Part shown: positions 49,270 through 60,540 of the stretch, piece after piece | How positions within the stretch are numbered: the stretch's first letter is position 1 | How the letters are laid out: every line of letters starts with the position of its first letter | Origin: Myxococcaceae bacterium | Lineage (GTDB): Bacteria; Myxococcota; Myxococcia; Myxococcales; Myxococcaceae | DNA: 64,000 nt | Reading direction: 5' to 3' | NCBI GenBank assembly: GCA_035637895.1 | Contig: DASRBA010000259.1 | Coordinates: 6,714-70,713, forward strand | Notes under the pieces: model-generated | The model's input: only the letters and a program-made list of their open reading frames with translations | Told to the model about the DNA's origin: nothing | The model's database searches: none | Program-made: the position numbers and the translations under genes

Positions 49270-49881
49270 ATGGCGCTGAACCCCGCCTGCTTGAGTTTCA
49301 TCCCCCAGCTCTCCCCCTTCGTGGACGGAGAGCTGCTCCCCAACGACCGCGTCACCGTCGAGCGCCACCTGGCCGTCTGCCGCGACTGCACCGGGCGGGT
49401 GGCCGACCTCCGCGCCGAGTCCGGCCTCATCCGCCACGGGCTGGACCTCGCCGCGGACGAGGTGGACTTCAAGGACTTCGCGACGAACGTGATGGCGCGG
49501 CTGACGCCCTACAAGCCGCCGCTGTGGGAACAGGTCCGGATCTCCCTCTCGGAGATGTTCCTCTACCAGCGCAAGATGATGATGGCCTCCATGGCGGGCG
49601 CCGCCGCGGTGCTGGCCATCGCCATCCCCACGCTGATCATCGGCAAGAGCATCCCGGACGGCTACGCGCGCGAGATGATGGCGGTGCAGTCGGTCACCAC
49701 CGAGGCCGGCGCCAAGGTGACGCCGGTGGTGATGACCAGCGACAAGGGTGACGCCATCATCTGGATGGTGAGCACCGAGCAGCAGGTCGAGCCGCCGGCA
49801 CCGGCGCCTCCCGCCGCGCAGGACAAGAGCGGCGAAGGGCAGAAGCTGGAGCAGACGAAGCCGAAGGGAGGAGAGCTGTGA
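49270..49881 (+). CDS. Anti-sigma factor, zinc-finger (ZAS) type, single TM
   Basis: HLAVCRDCTGRV (HxxxCxxC). TM MMMASMAGAAAVLAIAIPTLIIG. Immediately downstream of the ECF sigma gene. Confidence 0.82.
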   Translation: MALNPACLSFIPQLSPFVDGELLPNDRVTVERHLAVCRDCTGRVADLRAESGLIRHGLDLAADEVDFKDFATNVMARLTPYKPPLWEQVRISLSEMFLYQRKMMMASMAGAAAVLAIAIPTLIIGKSIPDGYAREMMAVQSVTTEAGAKVTPVVMTSDKGDAIIWMVSTEQQVEPPAPAPPAAQDKSGEGQKLEQTKPKGGEL

Positions 49882-50339
49882 CGGATCGACTGGGCCGGCG
49901 CTTCCATCCGTACGCGCTGGCGATCGCCCTGGCGTTGCCGGGCATCGCCTGGGCGGAGGGCAACAAGGTGGAGGTGATGGCGGACGTGGTGCTGGCGTCC
50001 AACAACGGGAACAAGGTGGAGCCGCCCGCGCTGGAGGAGGCCAAGAAGTTCTTCGAGGCGAAGAACGTCAAGTACTCCTCGTGGCAGTCGCTGTCCCAGC
50101 GGCGGCTGTCGCTGGAGCCGAAGAAGACCGCCGAGGTTCCGCTGCCCAACGGCAAGAAGGCCCAGTTCACCCTGGAGTCGGTGGCCAACGACGTGGCGAC
50201 GGTGAAGGTCACGGTGGCGCCCACCACGCTCACGCTGCAGCTGGGGCGCGAGGGCAACCTCTACGTGGACGGGGGCCAGCACCAGGGCGGCCAGGTGTTC
50301 GTGATGATCTCCCCGGCCCTCAAGCCCGCCGGCAAGTAA
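49878..50339 (+). CDS. Secreted hypothetical protein, third gene of the sigma/anti-sigma operon
   Basis: ATGA overlap with the anti-sigma stop. Signal peptide ALAIALALPGIAWA. Confidence 0.7.
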   Translation: MTDRLGRRFHPYALAIALALPGIAWAEGNKVEVMADVVLASNNGNKVEPPALEEAKKFFEAKNVKYSSWQSLSQRRLSLEPKKTAEVPLPNGKKAQFTLESVANDVATVKVTVAPTTLTLQLGREGNLYVDGGQHQGGQVFVMISPALKPAGK

Positions 50340-50377
50340 CCCGGGCCCGGCCCGATCGAACCCCGCAAAAGACACAG

Positions 50378-50428
50378 CCGGTAGGCGCGCTCCCGAGGCG
50401 GGCGCGCCTACCGGCCGCGATTTTTTTT
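50378..50428 (+). terminator. Rho-independent terminator: 13-bp GC stem CCGGTAGGCGCGC / GCGCGCCTACCGG, then T8 after a 6-nt gap
   Basis: Read directly from the sequence about 40 nt after the stop of the 49878..50339 gene. The complementary side has only a short A-run, so it is mainly plus-strand directed. Confidence 0.7.
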
Positions 50429-50599
50429 CACTCGACGTCCTGAGTACGACGCAAAGTCGAGCGGCGTTGACGAGGGCTGCTGGAGACAACCATCGCCCGC
50501 TGAAGTGCTACCTGCCTGCATTATCCGCGGGTCCCTTTTCGGGTTGCCTTTAAGGCGCCTTAAAACTGACCACCCGATCTGCGCCGAAATGGATCAGCA

Positions 50600-52165
50600 C
50601 TACCGGGGTGGGAGGTCCTTCAACTTCTTGATTTCAGGCTGGACGAAGGAGTCGATGCCGATCTTCTGGGCGGCCTTCCATGCCAGATCGGCCAGCTCCT
50701 TCTCCTCCTCGGCGCTGAGGACGCCGGTGAGCTTCCCGAGCGTCTCCTGGATGGCCGTCCGGTAGGCGTCCACCATCGCGCCGTCGAACGCGTGCCGGTA
50801 CGCGTCCGCCTTCTGCTGCGGGGTCAGCCGATCATCCGCCCAGATGCGCGCCGCGTCCGCCGCGAAGCTCTTGGTGGCGTTGACCGCGGCGTTGCGCAGC
50901 GCCTGGGAGAAGAAGCTGCCCGCGCCCTTGATCTTCTCGGCGGGGATGGCCGCGCTCACCAGGTTGCCCGCGGTCTTCGCCGCGAACTCGGCGCCGGACA
51001 TCTCGCCGGAGGCGATGCGGATGCCCGCCTCCGTCTCCTTGAGCGCGAAGGAGAGCGCCTTGCCGAATGGGCCCGGGATCAGCCCGGCGATGTCGCCGGC
51101 GCGGGAGAGCGCGTTGAGGTTCTCCTCGCGCTCGTCGTGGAGCAGCTTGGCCGGGTCCACGCCCCTGGGGAACGCCTTCAGCCGCTCCTGGGCGGTGGCC
51201 AGGGCCGCCTCCACCGCCTGCTTCTTGGCGGGGTCGTCGTCCGGCATCGCCAGCGCGCTCTTCAGCGGCTCCAGCGAGCGGATGGCGGTGTCCGCCGCGC
51301 TCCCCAGGTACCCGCCGCTGCTGTACCAGCCGTTCTTCGAGTCGCGGAAGTCCTTGATGCCCTGGATGGTGTCCAGCACCGCGCCGGCGCGCGTGTAGAG
51401 CGCCTTCTTCTCCGCCTGCTCGCGGGCGGCGGCGATGGGCGCGTTGATCCGCGCCTGCTCCTCCGCCTTGTTCACGATGCCGCGGTAACGCGAGGCCAAC
51501 CCCTGCAGCGGCGCGAGGTCCTTGCCGCGGATGTAGCCCTTGGCGGCGAAGCCGCGGAGCTTGGCGAGGTGCCCGTCCAGCTCCGCCAGCGCTTTCTTGG
51601 TGCCCTCGGTGCCGAAGGGGTACTTGCGGGGCACGTCGAACGCGGCGGTGAGCGCCTGCTCCACCTCGGCGCGCACCTCCGGCTTCAGCGCCTGGCCCTC
51701 GGGCGAATTCCGGAAGGCCTCGACGTACTTCTGCACGTCCTTGTCGCCCAGCGCGTAGAAGGAGCGTTGCGCGTCCTTCGCCGCGGCGGCCGGGACGGCG
51801 CCCAGCTGGCCCTTGGCGGAGAGCGCGCCACCGCCCGCGGAGCCGAACGAATTGGCGATCCGGCGCAGCGACTGCGCGTCGGAGGCGCTCAGGGCGCCGG
51901 TCTTCACGCCCTCGTCGATCCGCATCAGCATGTCCTTCACGTTGGACTGCAGGCCCGCCTTGTCCCCCTTGGCCGAAGCCGCCTTCAGCTTCTGCATCGT
52001 CCACAGGATGTTCTGGAGCGGCGCCGCCATCGCGGGCATCTGCCCCATCTGGGCGGTGCTCCAGTGGTCGTTCACGTACTCGAGCCAGCTCCAGAAGACC
52101 TGCGGAGCGGCGCTCTGGGTGGCGGCCTGCGCGGTGCGCTGGGCGGTGGCGGTGGCGACGGTCAT
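50600..52165 (-). CDS. Hypothetical protein, Ala/Lys-rich helical. Start trimmed to ATG 52165; the track ORF runs on to 52279
   Basis: MTVATATAQRTAQAATQSAAPQVFWSWLEYVNDHW... Protein-like composition throughout. No recognised family. Confidence 0.68.
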   Translation of the reverse strand: MTVATATAQRTAQAATQSAAPQVFWSWLEYVNDHWSTAQMGQMPAMAAPLQNILWTMQKLKAASAKGDKAGLQSNVKDMLMRIDEGVKTGALSASDAQSLRRIANSFGSAGGGALSAKGQLGAVPAAAAKDAQRSFYALGDKDVQKYVEAFRNSPEGQALKPEVRAEVEQALTAAFDVPRKYPFGTEGTKKALAELDGHLAKLRGFAAKGYIRGKDLAPLQGLASRYRGIVNKAEEQARINAPIAAAREQAEKKALYTRAGAVLDTIQGIKDFRDSKNGWYSSGGYLGSAADTAIRSLEPLKSALAMPDDDPAKKQAVEAALATAQERLKAFPRGVDPAKLLHDEREENLNALSRAGDIAGLIPGPFGKALSFALKETEAGIRIASGEMSGAEFAAKTAGNLVSAAIPAEKIKGAGSFFSQALRNAAVNATKSFAADAARIWADDRLTPQQKADAYRHAFDGAMVDAYRTAIQETLGKLTGVLSAEEEKELADLAWKAAQKIGIDSFVQPEIKKLKDLPPR

Positions 52166-52260
52166 GGGGAAGACGAACTCCAAGGGTTGCGGCGTGGGAT
52201 GACGACTGGATCTGCTACGCCGACAGCCCGGGCCGGGATTTGGTCTCCCCGTAAGACCCA

Positions 52261-52272
52261 TTGACATTGACA
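52261..52272 (+). promoter_or_regulatory. Tandem TTGACA TTGACA (-35-like hexamers) 31-42 nt upstream of the FAH-family gene start
   Basis: Read directly from the sequence. No convincing -10 identified. If the second hexamer is used, the transcript would be nearly leaderless. Confidence 0.3.
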
Positions 52273-52302
52273 GGCCCACGCGGCGCGTCGCAAAAGCCCG
52301 GC

Positions 52303-53289
52303 ATGAAGCTCGCCACCTTGCGGGATGGGACCAGGGACGGGGCGCTCGTCGTCGTCCGCTCAGACGGCGAGGCGTTCGCGCCGGGACGGCCGGCGGCGCC
52401 CACCCTCCAGGCCGCGCTGGACGACTGGGCGGCCGCGGAGCCCAAGCTGCGCGAGATCGCCTCGAAGCTGGAGTCGCGGGCGATCGCCGGAGAGCCCCTG
52501 GACATCCGCGCGCTCCACTCGCCGCTCCCCCGCGCCTACGAGTGGGTGGACGGGTCCGCGTACCTCAACCACGTTCGCCTCGTCCGCAAGGCGCGCGGGG
52601 CGGAGCCGCCGAAGACCCTGGAGACGGACCCTTTGGTGTACCAGGGCGGCTCCGGCGTCTTCCTCGGGCCCACCGAGGACATCCCGCTGGGCGACCCGGC
52701 CTGGGGCCTCGACTTCGAGTCCGAGGTCTGCGTCATCCTCGGGGACACGCCCATGGGGACGACGAAGGCCGAGGCCGGCGCGCACGTCCGGCTGCTGATG
52801 CTGGCCAACGACGTCTCCTTGCGGAACCTCATCCCGGCGGAGCTGGAGAAGGGCTTCGGCTTCTTCCAGGGCAAGCCGTCCACCGCTTTTTCCCCCTTCG
52901 CGATCACGCCGGACGAGCTGGGCCCCGCCTGGCGCGACGGGCGCGTGCACCTGCGCCTGTGGACCACGCTCAACGGCGCGCTGGTGGGGAACACCGACGC
53001 CGGGCCGGAGATGCACTTTTCCTTCTTCGACCTGGTACAGCACGTGACGAAGACGCGGGCGCTCTGTGCCGGGACCATCCTCGGCTCGGGTACGGTGTCG
53101 AACGCCGACAGGGCCCGAGGGGTTTCCTGCCTGGCGGAGCGGCGCATGATCGAGATCATCGACACCGGCAAGGCGCAGACCCCATTCATGCAGGCCGGAG
53201 ACTCGGTGGAGATCGAGATGCGCGACGCGGCGGGACAGAACCTGTTCGGGACCATCCGGCAGAAGGTCGTCGACTGGAGGAAATCGTGA
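52303..53289 (+). CDS. Fumarylacetoacetate hydrolase (FAH) family protein
   Basis: FAH-fold motifs (VCVILGDTPMGTTK..., GTILGSGTVSN). Position upstream of maiA/hppD/hmgA-like genes. Confidence 0.82.
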   Translation: MKLATLRDGTRDGALVVVRSDGEAFAPGRPAAPTLQAALDDWAAAEPKLREIASKLESRAIAGEPLDIRALHSPLPRAYEWVDGSAYLNHVRLVRKARGAEPPKTLETDPLVYQGGSGVFLGPTEDIPLGDPAWGLDFESEVCVILGDTPMGTTKAEAGAHVRLLMLANDVSLRNLIPAELEKGFGFFQGKPSTAFSPFAITPDELGPAWRDGRVHLRLWTTLNGALVGNTDAGPEMHFSFFDLVQHVTKTRALCAGTILGSGTVSNADRARGVSCLAERRMIEIIDTGKAQTPFMQAGDSVEIEMRDAAGQNLFGTIRQKVVDWRKS

Positions 53290-53927
53290 AGCTGTACAGC
53301 TACTGGCGGTCCAGCAGCTCCTGGCGCGTGCGCATCGCGCTCAACCTCAAGGGCGTCCGCTACGAGTACGCCGCGGTCCACCTCGGCCGCGACGGCGGCG
53401 CCCAGAACACCCCCGAGTACCGGGAGAAGAACCCGCTCCGCACCGTGCCGCTGCTGGAGTGGGAGGAGGGCGGGAAGGTCCACCGCCTCTCGCAGTCGAT
53501 GGCGATCCTGGCGTACCTCGAGGAGCGCTGGCCGGAGCCGGCGCTATGGCCCAAGGACCCGCTGAAGAAGGCGCAGGTGTGGATGCTGGCGGAGATCCCC
53601 AACTCCAGCATCCAGCCGCTGCAGAACCTGGCGGTGTCCAAGCAGGTGGGCGCGGCCGGAGGCGACGGGAACGCGTGGTCGAAGCACTGGAACGAGCGCG
53701 GGCTGGAGGCGCTGGAGGCCTGGGCGAAGCCGCTGGCCGGGCAGTTCCTGGTGGGCGACCAGGTCTCCGCGGCGGACGTGTGCCTCATCCCCCAGCTCTA
53801 CAGCGCGCGGCGCTTCGGCGTGGACCTCGCGGCGTTCCCCACCCTCACCCGCGTCGAGAAGGCGTGCGAGGCGCTGGACGCCTTCGCGCGCGCGCGACCG
53901 GAGCGGCAGCCGGACGCGGAGTCGTAA
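53286..53927 (+). CDS. maiA: Maleylacetoacetate isomerase (GST zeta)
   Basis: GTG start overlapping the FAH stop (GTGA). VKLYSYWRSSSSWRVRIALNLKG is the canonical MaiA N-terminus. Confidence 0.88.
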   Translation: MKLYSYWRSSSSWRVRIALNLKGVRYEYAAVHLGRDGGAQNTPEYREKNPLRTVPLLEWEEGGKVHRLSQSMAILAYLEERWPEPALWPKDPLKKAQVWMLAEIPNSSIQPLQNLAVSKQVGAAGGDGNAWSKHWNERGLEALEAWAKPLAGQFLVGDQVSAADVCLIPQLYSARRFGVDLAAFPTLTRVEKACEALDAFARARPERQPDAES

Positions 53928-53952
53928 GAAGACGAAAGGAGCCCAGCGAACC

Positions 53953-55119
<1,167 letters not shown>

Positions 55120-55123
55120 GTCG

Positions 55124-56296
55124 ATGCTGGAGCGCCTCGTCTTCGGGAAGGTCCCCCGCAAGCACCACATCCAGCTCCGCGACGAGCAGGGAGCGCTGCG
55201 CTACGAGGAGTGCCTCACCCGCGAGGGTTTCGAGGGGCCGTACACCATCACCTACCACCTGCGGCCGCCGCAGGCGCAGCGGCTGGGGAAGGTGGAGCAT
55301 GGCTGGCCGCTCCCGCTGGCGCTCCCGGACCGGCCGCTGGCGAAGCGGCACTACCGGACGCAGGAGGCGAGGCCGAAGAAGGGGCCGGCGGTGGACGTCC
55401 GCGCGCCGCTGCTCTTCAACGCCGATCTCACCGCTTCGGTGTTGTTCCCCACCGAGCCGGACCCGGTCTACTTCTCCAACGGCGACGCGGACGAGCTGTT
55501 CTACGTGTTCCAGGGGGGCGGCACGCTGCGCACCCAGCTGGGCGACCTCCGCTTCGAGCAGGACGACTACGTCCACGTCCCGCGCGGGATGCTCCACCGG
55601 TTTCTCCCGGACGCGGGCAAGCCGCAGCACTGGCTGTCGCTGGAGCTGCTGGGCGGGATGCACCTGCCGAACCAGTGGCGAAACGAGACCGGCCAGCTCC
55701 GGATGGACGCGCCGTACTGCCACCGCGACTTCCGGCACGTGGAGTTCAAGGGGCCGCAGGACGAAGGCATCCGCCAACTGCTGGTGAAGAAGAACGGCGC
55801 CTTCCACGGGTTCGTCTACGACGACTCGCCGCTGGACCTGGTGGGCTGGGACGGGACGGTCTACCCGTTCGCCTTCCCCATCCTGAATTTCCAGCCGCGC
55901 GCCGGGCTGGTCCACCTGCCGCCCACCTGGCACGGGACGTTCGCCGCGCGCGGAGCGCTGATCTGCAGCTTCGTGCCGCGGGTGGTGGACTTCCACCCGG
56001 AGGCCATCCCCTGCCCGTACCCGCACTCGTCCGTGGACTGCGACGAGATCCTCTTCTACTGCCGGGGCAGCTTCACCTCGCGCAAGGGCGTCGGCCCCGG
56101 GAGCATCTCGCACCACCCGGCCGGCGTCGGCCACGGACCGCACCCCGGCACCTACGAGGCGAGCATCGGGACCAAGGAGACCTCGGAGCTGGCGGTGATG
56201 GTGGACACCTTCCTGCCGCTCAAGGCGACCGCCGCGGCCTCCGCGGTCGAGGACCCCGGCTACCAGGACAGCTTCTTCGCGCCCCCGCCGCGGTAG
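55124..56296 (+). CDS. hmgA: Homogentisate 1,2-dioxygenase-like cupin (shorter than canonical HmgA)
   Basis: Cupin-type protein with His-rich C-terminal region (HHPAGVGHGPHPGTYEAS) directly after hppD. Assignment rests largely on pathway context. 390 aa versus about 430-450 for typical HGD. Confidence 0.65.
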   Translation: MLERLVFGKVPRKHHIQLRDEQGALRYEECLTREGFEGPYTITYHLRPPQAQRLGKVEHGWPLPLALPDRPLAKRHYRTQEARPKKGPAVDVRAPLLFNADLTASVLFPTEPDPVYFSNGDADELFYVFQGGGTLRTQLGDLRFEQDDYVHVPRGMLHRFLPDAGKPQHWLSLELLGGMHLPNQWRNETGQLRMDAPYCHRDFRHVEFKGPQDEGIRQLLVKKNGAFHGFVYDDSPLDLVGWDGTVYPFAFPILNFQPRAGLVHLPPTWHGTFAARGALICSFVPRVVDFHPEAIPCPYPHSSVDCDEILFYCRGSFTSRKGVGPGSISHHPAGVGHGPHPGTYEASIGTKETSELAVMVDTFLPLKATAAASAVEDPGYQDSFFAPPPR

Positions 56297-59200
56297 TCAG
56301 TCGTCCCCTTCCGGCTCCGGGCGCCAGTCGTCCGGGACGGTGATGGTGACGGCGACCTCGTGCGAGCCGCCGCCCAGCACGAGCGGCCGCGGATCCACGT
56401 ACATCCCGCCGGGGCTGCTGCCGAAGAGCATCACCGCCACCCGGTAGGTGCCGTCCGGGACGTGCACGAAGCGGGTGGGGCCGTGCTGGCCGGGGCGCTC
56501 CGGGACCACGATCTGCTCCAGCTTGATGCCCAGGGGGTTGGCCCGCATCCGGTCGATGTCGACGCCTGCCGGGATGAGCACCGTCTGCAGGTCCGCGTCC
56601 GGCGCCACCCCGTTGACCGTCACGTCCACGTTCGTGCCTGACGTGCGCAGGCGGAAGTGCAGCTCGCCCGTCCCCTCGATCGGGAAGGAGATCTCCATGG
56701 GCTGCACCGGCGCCAGGGTCCCCTTCCACTTCTGGCCGGGGACCGGCGGCGAGCGCCACAGCGCCACCGTGTAGTCGCCGCTGGGCAGCTTGGTGAAGGT
56801 GGCGCCCGCCCTCGGGTCCAGCGGGGCGGTGTGGTCCTCCGCCCCCTCCAGCGACACCCAGAGCGGCGCATCGAACGGGTCGTCCAGGAAGACGCGGAGG
56901 GCGCCGTTGGGCTCCAGCTTCACGGTCTCCGACGTCCCTGGCCCCACCGGCGTGGTCGCCGACTGGTAGCCGTCCGCGTCCACGCACACCACCGCGCCGT
57001 CGGGCACGTGGGTAAGGGCCGCGCTGCCGTCGGTGCGCGTGCGGCGCGCCGGTTCGTCCACCGACGTGGGGAAGTCCGGGTCGCCGGAGGCGTCGATGCC
57101 CGTCACGTGGACGCTGGCGCCGCCCACCGGCTGGTTGGTCCGCGCGTCCACCACCCGCACCGTCACCGCGCGGCCCCCGGAGAGCGACAGGTCTCCCAGG
57201 TCGCGGTCCTCGCCGGGCTGGACGGTGGTGTTGACCACCCGCGGCGCGAAGCCGGGCGCGGTGAGGGTGAGGTGGATGTCGCCGGTGGACACCTCCTGCT
57301 CGAAGCGGCCGGCGACGCCCTTGATGCGCTCGCCGTTGATCACGAAGCCGGAGGCGGGGGCGCCGTCCGGGTAGAGGACGCGGCCGTGCACCTTGGCGGG
57401 GTTCGAGAGGATGATCTTCACCGGCGCGCCGTCCACCGTCGCCACCACGCCCGTCGCCGGCGGCCGGTTGTCCTTCATCGCGAACAGCGTGTAGCGGCCG
57501 CCGCGCCGGGCCGACAGCCGGAACTCGCCGTGCTCGTCGGTCCGCGCGCTGGAGCCGCCCCGCTTTTTATCGCCGTCCAGCACCTCGGTCGCGCGCACGT
57601 AGCATTCGGGCAGCGGCGCGCCCGCGGGCGTCACCACCACGCCGGAGATGTGCCCCGGCGCCGGCAGCCGCACCGCCAGCTCCTGGCGCGAGTGCCCGTC
57701 CGAGCGCACCACCCGCATCTCCTCCGAGTCGGCGTGGATCTGCACCCGGTAGTCGCCGGCGGTGAGGCCCTCCAGCAGGTACTCGTTCTTCGGACCCGTC
57801 GTCGCGTGCGAGCCCACCGTCCGCCGCTCCGCCGACCCGCGCAGCGGCGCCGCGACGAGGGTCGCCTCCGTCACCGGGTGGCCCTCGGTGTCCTCCAGCC
57901 GCACCAGCAGGCTCCCGCCCCGGTGGAGGACGACGCGCTCCTGGGTGTCCGCGGCCATCGCCCGCCGCACCGGCACGTAGCCCTGGGCCTCCACCTCCAC
58001 CTGGGTGTGGGCGGAGGCGGTCTCCAGCTCGAACGCGCCGTCCTTGTCGGTGGAGGCCTGGTTGCCGTCGGCGGTGGTGTCGTCGCGGATGACCAGGTTG
58101 GCGAGGTGGACGGGCTGGCCGCCCTCGTCCACCACCTTCCCGCGGACGACCAGCGTGCGCTGGAGGGAGATCTCCCGCTCCAGCGCGGTGCCGGCGGGGA
58201 CCTTGATCTCCTCGTCCACGGGCATGAAGCCTTCGGCGCGGACGATCAGCCGCTCCTGGGGGCCGGCCTCGGTCAGCTCGAAGCGGCCGTCCTCCTTAGT
58301 GTGCGCCACCTCGTGCCCGGTGAGGAAGACGCTCGCGTCCGGTACCGGGCGCCCGCCGTCGTCCCGGATCACGCCTCGGACCACGCCCACCGGCTCCAGG
58401 TCCACCGTCACCGGCCCCGGGTCGCGGTCGGCCGGCACGGTGACCGCCTCCTGCCCGACCTCGAAGAGCCGGGAGGCGTGCACGGTGAGGTCGCCGGGGT
58501 GGATGTGCTCGAAGGTGAAGCGCCCGGCCGAGTCGGTGGTCACCTCCGGGATGCCGTCGCTGTCTTCTCCGGCGAGGGAGACCTTCACGCCCGCGGCGGG
58601 CCCCCCGTCGTCCAGCACCACGCCGGTGAGGCGCCGGGGCGAATCCAGGCTCAGGATCACCTCCGAGCTGGACTCGCGCACGCTGCCCAGGTCCTCCACC
58701 ACCTCGTGCGCGCCCAGGTATCCCTCGAGGAAGGTGGAGACGATGGCGCGGTCCGTGGCCGGCACCGGGCCCAGCGAGAACGCGCCCTCCGCCCCGGTCT
58801 GGACCTCGAAGATGCGTGGGAAGCCGGCCACCGCGCCGGAGACCAGCAGCGCTCCCCTGGGCGGTTCGCCGTTCACCTCCACCTTGCCGTTCACCAGCAC
58901 GCCCGCCTCCAGCGTCAGCTCCAGGTCGTCGGCGGGGGCCTCCTGCCCGGCCTGGTGCGCGAAGCCGCCCTCGCGCTCTGCCCAGACGTCGTAGCTGCCG
59001 GCCGACAGCCCTTCGAGCGCGAAGCGCCCGTCCGCGTCCGTGACGGCGCGGGCCATGGCCGGGTGCTCCGTGGCGCGCGAGGCGAACGCCTCCGCCACCG
59101 CGACCGACGCCTCGTCGCCGCTCTCGCAGTCGAAGGGGTCCTCCTTCGGTTCACTGTCCTCGCCTTCCTCGGCGGGTTTGATGCCCGCGCACAGCGCCCG

Positions 59201-59524
59201 GGCCAGCGGGTCCGAGGCGACGTCGTACGGGGCGAAGGCGGCCACCACCGCGCCCGCCACCGGGCCGGCCGGGCCGACGACGCGGCCGTGGATGGCGAGC
59301 GGACCGGAGGACGCGGTCACCGCTCCGTCCCCCAGGCCCCCGCTCCTCGGCGCGCGCGCCAGGTGCGGGACGGCCGCATGTTCCGGAGAGGTTCCGCTGT
59401 CGCTGGATGTGGCCCAGAGGTGGACGGCCACCGCGGCCACCAGGGCACAGACCGCGGTACCGGCGACCGCAACTGCCCGCTTCATCCTTCCTCCGGCAGG
59501 CCCCATCAGCAGGGAGCGTGCCAT
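56297..59524 (-). CDS. Large secreted protein built of repeated carboxypeptidase-regulatory-like / PEGA-like beta-sandwich domains
   Basis: 1075 aa. N-terminal signal (probable start M14 at 59485). At least 8 repeats of the pattern G.V.D..G.P..GA.V (for example GRVVGPAGPVAGAVV, GKVEVNGEPPRGALL, GVVLDDGGPAAGVKV, GVIRDDGGRPVPDASV). Confidence 0.78.
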   Translation of the reverse strand: MARSLLMGPAGGRMKRAVAVAGTAVCALVAAVAVHLWATSSDSGTSPEHAAVPHLARAPRSGGLGDGAVTASSGPLAIHGRVVGPAGPVAGAVVAAFAPYDVASDPLARALCAGIKPAEEGEDSEPKEDPFDCESGDEASVAVAEAFASRATEHPAMARAVTDADGRFALEGLSAGSYDVWAEREGGFAHQAGQEAPADDLELTLEAGVLVNGKVEVNGEPPRGALLVSGAVAGFPRIFEVQTGAEGAFSLGPVPATDRAIVSTFLEGYLGAHEVVEDLGSVRESSSEVILSLDSPRRLTGVVLDDGGPAAGVKVSLAGEDSDGIPEVTTDSAGRFTFEHIHPGDLTVHASRLFEVGQEAVTVPADRDPGPVTVDLEPVGVVRGVIRDDGGRPVPDASVFLTGHEVAHTKEDGRFELTEAGPQERLIVRAEGFMPVDEEIKVPAGTALEREISLQRTLVVRGKVVDEGGQPVHLANLVIRDDTTADGNQASTDKDGAFELETASAHTQVEVEAQGYVPVRRAMAADTQERVVLHRGGSLLVRLEDTEGHPVTEATLVAAPLRGSAERRTVGSHATTGPKNEYLLEGLTAGDYRVQIHADSEEMRVVRSDGHSRQELAVRLPAPGHISGVVVTPAGAPLPECYVRATEVLDGDKKRGGSSARTDEHGEFRLSARRGGRYTLFAMKDNRPPATGVVATVDGAPVKIILSNPAKVHGRVLYPDGAPASGFVINGERIKGVAGRFEQEVSTGDIHLTLTAPGFAPRVVNTTVQPGEDRDLGDLSLSGGRAVTVRVVDARTNQPVGGASVHVTGIDASGDPDFPTSVDEPARRTRTDGSAALTHVPDGAVVCVDADGYQSATTPVGPGTSETVKLEPNGALRVFLDDPFDAPLWVSLEGAEDHTAPLDPRAGATFTKLPSGDYTVALWRSPPVPGQKWKGTLAPVQPMEISFPIEGTGELHFRLRTSGTNVDVTVNGVAPDADLQTVLIPAGVDIDRMRANPLGIKLEQIVVPERPGQHGPTRFVHVPDGTYRVAVMLFGSSPGGMYVDPRPLVLGGGSHEVAVTITVPDDWRPEPEGDD

Positions 59525-59680
59525 GGCAAGGACATCCGGCGCACGCTGGGGGTTCCCATTCCCGGCGGGCAGAGATCTCCGGGCCGTTGGTTACCCGGAA
59601 GTAACCGTCGATTCTGGTAGCGCCGGGGTTGGCCGCCTCCTATTCATGCGGCCCCACCCCAACCCCCTCGGAGAGAAGCC

Positions 59681-60532
59681 ATGATCGTCGTCACTGGTGC
59701 CACCGGCACCGTCGGGTCGGAAGTCGTCCGCCAGCTCAACGCCGCCGGCCAGAAGGTCCGCGCGCTCGTCCGCGACCCCGCGAAGGCGGAGAAGATCAAG
59801 GGCGCCAACGTGGAACTGGCCAAGGGCGACCTCACCAAGCCGGAGACCGTCCGCGCCGCGCTCCAGGGGGCCGACAAGCTGTTCCTGCTGTACACCGGGG
59901 CGGACCTCCCCGCCGTCGAGGCGAAGGTGGTGGAGGAGGCGAAGAAGGCCGGCGTGAAGCACGTCGTGTACCTGTCCGTGATCGGCGCGGAGATGGAGCC
60001 GGGCATCGCGCTGGGCCGCGGCCACCGGGACACGGAGAAGGCGATCGAGAAGGCCGGCATCCCGTACACGTTCCTCCGGCCGAGCGGCTTCATGAGCAAC
60101 ATGTTCAACAACCTGGACTCCATCAAGGCGCAGGGGAAGTTCTACGGGCCGTGGGGCGACGGGAAGATGGGCCTCATCCACCCGGCGGACATCGCCGCGT
60201 CGGCGGTGAAGGCGCTCACTACTCCGGGCCACGAGGGCAAGGCGTACGTCCTCACCGGAACCGAGTCGATCAACAACGGCGAGCAGGCGAAGATCCTCAG
60301 CCAGGCGGTGGGCAAGAACATCGAGTACGTCGCCGTCCCGCCCGAGGCCGCCGCGGACGGCATGCTCAAGGGCGGCATGCCCAAGGCGTACGTGGACATG
60401 CTGATCGAGTTCTCCGGGGTGGTCCGCGCCGGCTTCGCGGCCGCGACTACCGGCGACCTGGAGAAGCTGCTGGGCCGCAAGCCGAAGACCTTCGCCGACT
60501 GGTCGAAGGAGAACGCCGCCGCGTTCAAGTAG
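59681..60532 (+). CDS. NmrA-like / NAD(P)H-binding atypical SDR
   Basis: MIVVTGATGTVGSEVVRQL (Rossmann GxxGxxG at the extreme N-terminus) with NmrA-like length and composition. Confidence 0.88.
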   Translation: MIVVTGATGTVGSEVVRQLNAAGQKVRALVRDPAKAEKIKGANVELAKGDLTKPETVRAALQGADKLFLLYTGADLPAVEAKVVEEAKKAGVKHVVYLSVIGAEMEPGIALGRGHRDTEKAIEKAGIPYTFLRPSGFMSNMFNNLDSIKAQGKFYGPWGDGKMGLIHPADIAASAVKALTTPGHEGKAYVLTGTESINNGEQAKILSQAVGKNIEYVAVPPEAAADGMLKGGMPKAYVDMLIEFSGVVRAGFAAATTGDLEKLLGRKPKTFADWSKENAAAFK

Positions 60533-60540
60533 CGCTCCCG

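Noticed and set aside
56657-59620. 987-aa plus-strand ORF antisense to the large repeat protein
   Set aside because: Arg/His/Gly/Pro-dominated. The minus-strand product has a signal peptide and ordered beta-sandwich repeats.
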